Shown here piece by piece: positions 40,926 through 48,996 of a DNA stretch of 64,000 nt (its first letter is position 1; every line of letters begins with the position of its first letter). A model generated the notes under the pieces. It was not told the origin of the DNA, did not search any database, and worked only from the letters and a program-made list of their open reading frames with translations. The DNA is taken from positions 30,242 to 94,241 of IMG/VR virus record IMGVR_UViG_3300009159_000048; one strand, 5' to 3'. The DNA is from a virus. A program made the translations under genes and the position numbers.

Positions 40926-41160
40926 TATTTCCGTAAAAGTTATTATTTATAATCTTTTTAGAATATCTACTTGTAATTGATTTACTTGGAGAAAATTCAT
41001 CTTTAATATCTAATCCTAAATCAAATATCTTATTGATCTTTCTTTTTCTACTTACGTTCTTAGAAGTATATCCAGATATAACAGAAGTAGTAGTCATTGG
41101 AATATAAGGAGCATAAATATAACCACTTTCTAAACTACCTTTCTTACCTATAGCTGACAT
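40900..41160 (-). CDS. 86-aa gp23 major capsid C-terminal fragment-like protein with inserted tag
   Basis: GKKGSLESGYIYAPYIPM ... FSPSKSITSRYSKK...FYG matches the gp23 C-terminal G-x-K-G...G-x-x-YAPY...F-x-P...[TS]RY pattern; SRKRKINKIF inserted. Confidence 0.7.
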   Translation of the reverse strand: MSAIGKKGSLESGYIYAPYIPMTTTSVISGYTSKNVSRKRKINKIFDLGLDIKDEFSPSKSITSRYSKKIINNNFYGNINFGSSEV

Positions 41161-41341
41161 AGTTTAATTTATGGTTGAATCTAAATTCAATAAATTCTTT
41201 TATTTTTATACACTTCTCAAACTCGTCTTGTTGTTCAAGTTCTCTGAGAACTTTAGTCAAATAATTTTTAGAATATATTCTAAAATCAGTTGTGTAAGGT
41301 TTATTTGACATACATCTATCAAATATCTCTAAAGCATTCAT
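41144..41341 (-). CDS. Small protein with UVR-like motif
   Basis: LRELEQQDEFEKCIKIKEFI. Confidence 0.65.
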   Translation of the reverse strand: MNALEIFDRCMSNKPYTTDFRIYSKNYLTKVLRELEQQDEFEKCIKIKEFIEFRFNHKLNYVSYR

Positions 41342-41342
41342 A

Positions 41343-42470
41343 TTAATTTTTTTTAGAAAGGTAATTATCGTTGTAAATTCTTATAATTTCATCAAACTCA
41401 TTTATCATACCACTCTTAAACTTTTTATTATCATAAGTTTGTTTAAGAATATACTCTTTTATATAATCCTCATAGTCTAAGTTTATAGAAATATCTAAAT
41501 TTTCTTCATCAACACTCTGAGATTCATTTACTTCTTCACCATCAACTAGTTCTCTTGTAATATCATCAATATACTCAACAGAAGCAAAATTTGATTTTTC
41601 TAAAATTATTTCAAGTTTTCTTCTAAGTTTTCTATTATTAATTAATAAACTATTTGATATTGCAATATCAATATAATCTTTACTATCTTTTAATTTCTCT
41701 AACGTCTCTACGTCATCTTCTCCAACAACTCTAACTTTCTTAAATACAGGAGATACATTATTTGGAAAAAATTGCTCATTACCATCATTAGTATCTATCA
41801 CAAAGATTCCTTTTTGATCACCATAGTCATTTCTATCCATTTGGAATACAGAACCAACAAAGGTAAATTGTTTATTTTGTTGAACTAAATGTATGTGACC
41901 TGATCTAACTTTTGAGAATGAATTAAATTCTTCAATATCTATCTTATCTGAGTTTTTATGAGCAACCGATGTCAGGTGCATTTTACAACCATTAAGATCT
42001 GAGTGACAAAAAAGATAATCACAATCTTTATTCTGATTAATTAGATTAATTTGTTCTAATCTTTTTTCAATATAAGGCATCATCAAAATCTTAATACCGT
42101 TGAACTCTAAAATCTCAGATTTACTATACGTTTTAACATTAGGTATATATTTTAAGGGCCTAACTGAGTTAATTTCAGATGCACTTTTTGACCAAAGATC
42201 GTGATTACCTACAATAATATGTAAAGGGGCAATTTGTGAAATCTCTTCTACAATGTCAATTCCATAATTCAATAAGTTGATAGGTATGATATTTCTATTA
42301 TCAAACAAATCACCTAGATGAACAATTATATCACCAGAATTTACTTCTTTTTTAAGTAGTGGTATTAGAAAATCACTGAAGTATTGTTGATGGACTTTAA
42401 ACCATTTATCAACACTATTAGGATATCCTAGTCCTATGTGTGTATCACCTATTAGAAAAATTTTACTCAT
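41343..42470 (-). CDS. Recombination endonuclease, T4 gp47/SbcD/Mre11 family
   Basis: GDTHIG, HLGDLFD, VGNHD, FCH, SGHIH metallophosphoesterase motifs. Confidence 0.92.
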   Translation of the reverse strand: MSKIFLIGDTHIGLGYPNSVDKWFKVHQQYFSDFLIPLLKKEVNSGDIIVHLGDLFDNRNIIPINLLNYGIDIVEEISQIAPLHIIVGNHDLWSKSASEINSVRPLKYIPNVKTYSKSEILEFNGIKILMMPYIEKRLEQINLINQNKDCDYLFCHSDLNGCKMHLTSVAHKNSDKIDIEEFNSFSKVRSGHIHLVQQNKQFTFVGSVFQMDRNDYGDQKGIFVIDTNDGNEQFFPNNVSPVFKKVRVVGEDDVETLEKLKDSKDYIDIAISNSLLINNRKLRRKLEIILEKSNFASVEYIDDITRELVDGEEVNESQSVDEENLDISINLDYEDYIKEYILKQTYDNKKFKSGMINEFDEIIRIYNDNYLSKKN

Positions 42471-42603
42471 TAGTAAGACATAATTATTTTTTATAAACTA
42501 TCTATATTATATTGAAAAATTGTAAATAGTTTGGTGTAGTTATATTGTGAGTTTTCATACTATCAGTTAATTAAATTAATATATAAAAGAAAATGAAAGC
42601 TAA

Positions 42604-42981
42604 ATGAAAAGGATGCTATTTGAAGAAACTGACTTCACGTCTATGCCTAACCCACCAGAAGGGTTTAAATACGTTGGTTTTGATGGCCAAAACTTCACAG
42701 CAAAAGATGAAACGGGAACAGTTAAAACAATTGGAAGTAGTGATTTTTTTTATATAGCGATAAATTTTATTGATTTAGAAGAATTTTTATATATCGCTCC
42801 GGAAAATTTTAAAATACTAGATTTAGATTTGAACTATTTTGGAGACCCATCAGGAGTCACTGTTTCAATTTTAGTAAATAACTCAACTTATAATATCGGT
42901 GATAATATTGATGAATTTAGTGAAGTTAAAGTAACTATAAGTCAGACTGGATTTATAAAATTAAACTGTGAAAAAATATGA
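42604..42981 (+). CDS. Hypothetical protein, likely virion-associated
   Basis: 125-aa ORF; TAATATATA at 42577-42585; ATGA-coupled to the next gene. Confidence 0.7.
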   Translation: MKRMLFEETDFTSMPNPPEGFKYVGFDGQNFTAKDETGTVKTIGSSDFFYIAINFIDLEEFLYIAPENFKILDLDLNYFGDPSGVTVSILVNNSTYNIGDNIDEFSEVKVTISQTGFIKLNCEKI

Positions 42982-45900
42982 GTTCAAATAATAAATATTT
43001 TAATGTAAAAACCTCATCTGGTCAAATATTACCACCGGAAACTGAGGCGTTTATTTCAGCTGACTTTTCTGGAATCGCTGATGAATTACAACCCTTTTGG
43101 AGAGAAAGCGAAAACTACTACAAATCAGATAGTAGTTTTTCTTTAAGTGGTGATAGAAATAGTATAAGCTCTGGAAAAAGATGGACTGAGACACTATTAG
43201 TCTTACCAGTAAACACAGGAACAATAATTACAAAGATATTCTCAGTAGAAACTGGTCAATTATTAATAAAAAAGAATATTCCTATAATTGATGATAAATA
43301 TAATGTTTTAATATCAATAGATATGAAATCAATTGATATACCACTTATAAGAGCAAGATTTGAGATTGATGGAAAAGTTTGTGAACAAATATTTGAGAGA
43401 CATAGTGATTCTAGTTTTAATAGCTCAATACCTATCAATATCGATAATCTAACACCCGGTGAAGATGAAGTTCTTTATTTTGGTGTACCTTTTTCATCAG
43501 GATCTTTATGGGATGTAAATAATCTGATATTAGTTGATGAATTTGATACTGAAATACCTGCAGATTTTAGAGTAAAGGCAAATTGGGGACATGAAGGTTC
43601 TATTAAATGGGTTGGTGTTAATTCAATTATACCAGCAGACCTAACTCAAGTCTATGTAAAATCAGGAACAAGTTCAACTTCAATAAATGAGGTTATTGTA
43701 ACTGAAGATGGTTCGGAAATAACAGTAGATACTGGTGTAGCAACTTATGTTATAGATGATAGTCCATCAATTATAAAAATCGATTCAGCTCAAGTAGTAA
43801 AAGGTCTTTATGTTATAGACCAAAATGATAATGTTGCGAGTCATGAAGAATTAAGTAAAGTTATAGAAAAACAAAATTCAGTAACTGCTTGTATAAAAAT
43901 AGAGGGTATCTATAAAAATACAGGGACAGAATTTGCTAGACATATTACAAGATTAGAATTTTTCTACGGACAACCTCAAGTAAAAATAACACATACTTTA
44001 ATACTAACTAGAAATACCAATACTATTTGGTTTAAAGAAATGGGATGGGAACTACCTCTACCTAACACAGTTGGTAGTAATAAAATAATTAAAGTAAGTA
44101 CTGATAATACAGATAATTCTATTTTTGGAACATTTAGTTTAGGTTCTGGAATTAATATTAACCAGAAGTATGGTAAAAGAATGGGTATGCGACCTAATGC
44201 TACTAGTAAAACATGGAGCCCTAGAGTAGTTGGTGATGATGAGTTTGTAATCAATGATAACTCAACAACTCTGTACACAGGAGCAAACATGGGTGATTGG
44301 GTTTCAGTGTCAGGTGATACCGGTAATTTTATGATTTCTTGCAAAGATTTAGCTCTACAAAGTCCTAAATCTTTTGTAATTGATGACGACAAAATAGATT
44401 TTAAATTATTCACTTCTGGAACCGGTTTGACCGGATCTAATTTCTACGAAGGTCAAATGAGTTTTAGTATGAGTGCTGTCGGTGAAAGATGGGGATTAAA
44501 ACCATATATTTCAATGACCGCATCCGATCCAGGACATTTAGCCGGTACTGTAAGTGGTGAATCAAATGTAAGCAGAATAAATAGAGTAGTTTCAAGAAGC
44601 AGTAATGCAATTGGTTGGAGTAAAACACACGAGTTTATAATATCTTTAGATGATGATATTAGATGGGTGAATAACTTAAGAAATTCTCCGTTTGCTCACG
44701 CCGACACAGAGTGGATTTATTCAACTAATGTCATCGGAAGTATTCATCACAAAGATACTCAAAACTATCCTGTTCTAGAAGAGTTAATTGAAAGATCTTT
44801 TTATAATATAGCACTAGCTTTGCCATTACAACTTTCTATTCCAAACCATCCATCTTATTCTTTTAGAGGAAATAATTCTATTTTCAGAGGATTTTTTGAT
44901 TATTGTGCTGGACCAGTTTATGTTTATCCAGAAAGATGGAGATTTACATACTCATACACCTATGATGCTTGGTATTTATTTATAAGAAGTGGTGAAAGAG
45001 TTCTTAGAGAAATTGCAACAAAGATTAATAGAGCATTCATGGACAATTACATTTCTCACTGGGATAGTGATAGTCCATCCGAATTGGCTAAAGCTAAGGG
45101 TCTATTCATTGCTACTTGGGATCCAGGAGTAAATAATACCGGACCTGGTGACTTCCCAATTTATTGGGAACAGATTAGAGCTTATCAAATAACAACAACA
45201 ACCGATATAGAAAGATCAGTTCTAGATTGGTACTTAACTGATTATGGTAGAGCAAAAGATATTGTAGATCAATTTGAGGAAGCAATGTTACAAGAATGGG
45301 CGTTTGATTCATATAATTTTAGAATAATTCAAGTATTGAAACTATTAGACCAATGTTATAAATTTAGTTGGAATAAAGAAACTAAAATATTATTAGAAAA
45401 AACACTATGGGGCAATCCAGGAGTTTTAGATGATGAGGGAGAACTTTATATAAGTAAAAATAGAACATATGATAGTACTACATATAAATTACCAACCGAT
45501 GTTGATAATTTTACAAAAATAGGATACACATTAGACAGTCCATATATTCACAAAGTTGCTCAAAAAGCAGGTAGATTTATAATAGAAAGTTCCGGAATAA
45601 CTGGTCGTTCTTCAGGTATAACACCTCATTTTATCTACCAAAAAGAATCAGATAATACATTTCTTTCTATATTTGATTACATGACAACTGACTTAGTTCG
45701 TTATCTAAGATCAGACGGAACGGCAAATATTGGATATTCAGACTTTCCGAAATACTTTAGAGGAATACCATTATATATGGATATATTTACTCAAAATGTT
45801 TCATCTTGGTTACATATAATAAAAATTGCTAACTCAGACACTAGATTTTTAGTTTACAAATCTGATAGTGAACGTCTAAATTTACTATTACAATGTCCAA

Positions 45901-46856
45901 ATACTGGAAGTACACAATCTTTGATAGATAATACAATTACATATGGATTCGTTGGATCCGCAGTCTATGTCACACCACAAAAACCTTCATCACCTGAATC
46001 TTTTTCTGGACAAGATTTACACCAGATAACAGAATACAGTTCAAAACAAGACGATGAAAGATCTTTAGTTAAAGTAGTAATTCCAAAAGATGCACCTGAG
46101 GGAGTTTATGAGATAATTTTAAATAGAGATGGTGATTATCGTATTTTTTCAGATAAGAATACACCAATGATGTTCTATGCATCAAATGGAGTAAAATTAC
46201 CACCTTTAAGAGTATCAACTCAGTTTTATGGAGCCACTAGTGGAGTCGCTGATACAAGAAAAGTATATTTTCAAGTTCCGTCAGACGCATTACCAGGTGG
46301 GATTAGTGTAACTAACGCAGATGCTCAGAAAAGTATATACTATAGAACTAGTACAATATTCGAACCAGATGTGTTGATAACTCCAACTTCAGTGAACTCT
46401 GGTGTTACACAAAGTCTAACAGCTAGTGGAATTTGGAGTTTAAAAGTAAAACTTCCAATCAACACTGGCGCAAATCTTACCGAATCTGGTATAGTAAGGA
46501 CTAGTTTTCCGACTTATTTTAGTTTTAATAAGGAATTTTATAGTCAGATATTTGTAGAAAATCCACCAGAAACTACACAGTTAAGAGCCGACTTTAGAGG
46601 AATAACTCTCAATACACTAGACCAAAATATATATGCGGATTCAAAATCTGGAGTAATTACTTATAGATACAGAATTGAAGATATTCAGACATCTACTATT
46701 ACGTTCTACGATAGAAATCTAAACTATTTTAACCTTATAAATGCAGGAGTTTCTCCTGATTATGACAGAGAGTATTCAATAAGGGTTACTTTTGATAAAG
46801 GAAGTGGATTTAGCAACTATGGTGCATCCTATAGTGTATTTACACCAGAGAGTTAA
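42978..46856 (+). CDS. Large polysaccharide lyase-like protein (YetA/PcRGLX-like)
   Basis: FGVPFSSGSLWD...ANWGHEGSIKWV, ITVDTG, beta-sandwich then helical region; Bacteroidota surface-protein-like C-terminal domain. Confidence 0.55.
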   Translation: MSSNNKYFNVKTSSGQILPPETEAFISADFSGIADELQPFWRESENYYKSDSSFSLSGDRNSISSGKRWTETLLVLPVNTGTIITKIFSVETGQLLIKKNIPIIDDKYNVLISIDMKSIDIPLIRARFEIDGKVCEQIFERHSDSSFNSSIPINIDNLTPGEDEVLYFGVPFSSGSLWDVNNLILVDEFDTEIPADFRVKANWGHEGSIKWVGVNSIIPADLTQVYVKSGTSSTSINEVIVTEDGSEITVDTGVATYVIDDSPSIIKIDSAQVVKGLYVIDQNDNVASHEELSKVIEKQNSVTACIKIEGIYKNTGTEFARHITRLEFFYGQPQVKITHTLILTRNTNTIWFKEMGWELPLPNTVGSNKIIKVSTDNTDNSIFGTFSLGSGININQKYGKRMGMRPNATSKTWSPRVVGDDEFVINDNSTTLYTGANMGDWVSVSGDTGNFMISCKDLALQSPKSFVIDDDKIDFKLFTSGTGLTGSNFYEGQMSFSMSAVGERWGLKPYISMTASDPGHLAGTVSGESNVSRINRVVSRSSNAIGWSKTHEFIISLDDDIRWVNNLRNSPFAHADTEWIYSTNVIGSIHHKDTQNYPVLEELIERSFYNIALALPLQLSIPNHPSYSFRGNNSIFRGFFDYCAGPVYVYPERWRFTYSYTYDAWYLFIRSGERVLREIATKINRAFMDNYISHWDSDSPSELAKAKGLFIATWDPGVNNTGPGDFPIYWEQIRAYQITTTTDIERSVLDWYLTDYGRAKDIVDQFEEAMLQEWAFDSYNFRIIQVLKLLDQCYKFSWNKETKILLEKTLWGNPGVLDDEGELYISKNRTYDSTTYKLPTDVDNFTKIGYTLDSPYIHKVAQKAGRFIIESSGITGRSSGITPHFIYQKESDNTFLSIFDYMTTDLVRYLRSDGTANIGYSDFPKYFRGIPLYMDIFTQNVSSWLHIIKIANSDTRFLVYKSDSERLNLLLQCPNTGSTQSLIDNTITYGFVGSAVYVTPQKPSSPESFSGQDLHQITEYSSKQDDERSLVKVVIPKDAPEGVYEIILNRDGDYRIFSDKNTPMMFYASNGVKLPPLRVSTQFYGATSGVADTRKVYFQVPSDALPGGISVTNADAQKSIYYRTSTIFEPDVLITPTSVNSGVTQSLTASGIWSLKVKLPINTGANLTESGIVRTSFPTYFSFNKEFYSQIFVENPPETTQLRADFRGITLNTLDQNIYADSKSGVITYRYRIEDIQTSTITFYDRNLNYFNLINAGVSPDYDREYSIRVTFDKGSGFSNYGASYSVFTPES

Positions 46857-46979
46857 GTTTAGAAAAAAATCACTTTTGGTAACTAATATATACAATGAAA
46901 AAGATAGAGACAGATTACAAAATAATATATAATTTATAATTTGTTGACTAAAAACAAAAGAAAAAAAAATTAAAATAAG

Positions 46980-47612
46980 ATGCCATTACCACATTTTAAC
47001 CAAGTAATTAATGTAGGCGCACCAGGTGGTCCTGGTACTGCACCAGACGAAGTAGTTTACTTGAACCTCTTTGAGATTACCTTTATTTTACCAGTAATCT
47101 TACAACAGACACAGAGAAATCCATTTTTGTTACTACAAAATGCAACAAAAATAGATCTTAACCTTACAGAGTTTGACGTAGCTGCTAAATCACAAAGATT
47201 CAAGTATTCAACAAGAATGTTTATGACTTCACCTACAAAAACTGACGGTACACTTTCTATTCCGATTCAGGTGAATGTTAACGACCAAGGCTCTATGGAA
47301 ACATGGAATACGTTGAAAGCTTGGTATGACTTAGTATTTAACTCACAAAATGGTGCACTTCACTACAAGAGTGATATCATCGGTACTATTATTGTTAACC
47401 AACACGATAAAAAAGGTATTGTATTGAGACGTGTAACTTTCCAAAACGTACAAATTAGTAAAATAGCAGGTTACTCACTTGACTGGTCATCTAACAACAT
47501 CATTGAGTCAACTCAAGCTGATTTCGTTTATGATTACTTTATCGACGAATATATCGACCAAGGATTAGGAATTGGAGCACCTCAATTAGTTTCAGGATAC
47601 GGAATAGACTAA
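46980..47612 (+). CDS. Tail tube protein (gp19-like)
   Basis: VYLNLFEITF, LKAWYDLVFN, G..HYKSDIIGTIIV...DKKG...RRVTF; close to the sheath gene; two TAATATATA motifs upstream. Confidence 0.8.
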   Translation: MPLPHFNQVINVGAPGGPGTAPDEVVYLNLFEITFILPVILQQTQRNPFLLLQNATKIDLNLTEFDVAAKSQRFKYSTRMFMTSPTKTDGTLSIPIQVNVNDQGSMETWNTLKAWYDLVFNSQNGALHYKSDIIGTIIVNQHDKKGIVLRRVTFQNVQISKIAGYSLDWSSNNIIESTQADFVYDYFIDEYIDQGLGIGAPQLVSGYGID

Positions 47613-47639
47613 TAAAATTAAGACATCTTTAACAAAATA

Positions 47640-47665
47640 AAAAAACCCACAAATGTGGGTTTTTT
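47640..47665. terminator. Bidirectional intrinsic terminator
   Basis: AAAAAACCCACA-AA-TGTGGGTTTTTT between convergent genes. Confidence 0.85.
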
Positions 47666-47686
47666 CTTTTTAAAGTATTTCTAAAT

Positions 47687-47941
47687 TTAGAAACTAGGTA
47701 TGTTAAAGTTGTTAGAACCAAAGCTAGAAGCACTTTTCATCATAGAGTTAGTGTCTGGCATTGACTTAGATTGTTCACCTTCTTGTTTCTTTCTAGAACT
47801 TTCTTCCTCTTCAACGATCTCATTAACTAATTTGATATTCTCCTCGAATAACCAAAAAGGCCATAAATCCATTGCAAATTCAGAAAGATGAAAGTGTTTC
47901 TGAAGTAGAAGCTTATTCTTTAATATATGCTTCAAAGGCAT
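47687..47941 (-). CDS. Small baseplate hub/tail assembly protein, or frameshift extension of the upstream gene
   Basis: MPLKHILKNKLLLQKHFHLSEFAMDLWPFWLFEENI; overlaps the 3' end of 47913..48866 in the +1 frame. Confidence 0.55.
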   Translation of the reverse strand: MPLKHILKNKLLLQKHFHLSEFAMDLWPFWLFEENIKLVNEIVEEEESSRKKQEGEQSKSMPDTNSMMKSASSFGSNNFNIPSF

Positions 47942-48866
47942 CGTGAATAACGAAAATACCTGACGCTCCGGTGGGAAATTGCATGTCTGTGCGGACCTCC
48001 TCACCACACTCACAATTTCTTTTTAATTCCTTAATACCAAAGGTCATTTTACTAACGGCTGAATTTAGAAATTGAAATGAGATATCATCGATTTCTTCAA
48101 ATTCTTTAACTTTAGCTTTAATACCATCATAAGTGATTGATGTTCTATTTGACATCATAAATGGAATAATCTTTAAGAAAGCTAAGTTTGGAGTACGTTT
48201 TTCATTATTCTCTTTAACAATATAGTCTGTAAAAGCTTTCTGTAATCCAATATTAGGTGGAGTAAGTTCAAAGAATTTACCATTAACAGTTTTAAAGTTA
48301 TAGCATCTACTAGAGTGATTAAAGAATCTTTCTAATTTTTCATCAATATCATGAGAAACAAAGTTTTCTCTTTTTAACTCAATAACAACATCTTGACCAC
48401 AAGTACATCTTTGAGTTACCGTAAGTGAATTACCTTGTTGAAAAGTAAGTTCTCTGATTAAGAAAATCAAGAATAATCTATCTTGGTCTTTTACTTCTAA
48501 GAAAGATCCTAATTTTCCATCAGGATATTTAATTCTAACACAAGCTTGTAGAATATCATTCATTTTCTCAATAATATCATAAAAGTTATTATCATCTACC
48601 ATTGAGTATGCTTGAATTTCTCTAACTTGAGCTGGTCGAACCATAAATAAAGATCCAGTTGGATAAAACTCACCACAAGGAAGTTCTCTAACATCCATAT
48701 TAAAAAACTGTAAATCAGTAGTTCTAGAATTATCTACAGGTTGAACAAATGGAATATCACCTTGTGATGATTTTTCTTCTGCTTGTTTTTTTCCAGTTTC
48801 TAAATCCGAAAGATGTCTCTTTAGGTATTCTTCTTCTGTCATTTCATTTTTATTATTATCAGACAT
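47913..48866 (-). CDS. Baseplate hub subunit / tail assembly chaperone (T4 gp26/gp51-like)
   Basis: LPCGEFY, VRPAQVREI, DRLFLIFLIRELTF, CTCG and CECG zinc knuckles; between the sheath and tube genes. Confidence 0.7.
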   Translation of the reverse strand: MSDNNKNEMTEEEYLKRHLSDLETGKKQAEEKSSQGDIPFVQPVDNSRTTDLQFFNMDVRELPCGEFYPTGSLFMVRPAQVREIQAYSMVDDNNFYDIIEKMNDILQACVRIKYPDGKLGSFLEVKDQDRLFLIFLIRELTFQQGNSLTVTQRCTCGQDVVIELKRENFVSHDIDEKLERFFNHSSRCYNFKTVNGKFFELTPPNIGLQKAFTDYIVKENNEKRTPNLAFLKIIPFMMSNRTSITYDGIKAKVKEFEEIDDISFQFLNSAVSKMTFGIKELKRNCECGEEVRTDMQFPTGASGIFVIHDAFEAYIKE

Positions 48867-48950
48867 ACGTTTGTATTTTTTTTTATATATTAGATATATT
48901 TCTTCCTCTATTATAATAGTTAAATAATAATAAGTTTATCTTTAAAATAA

Positions 48951-48978
48951 AAAAACCCTCAATTTCTTGAGGGTTTTT
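48951..48978 (-). terminator. Intrinsic terminator after the tail sheath gene
   Basis: AAAAACCCTCAA-TTTC-TTGAGGGTTTTT. Confidence 0.8.
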
Positions 48979-48996
48979 ATAATTTTATTTTTATTA

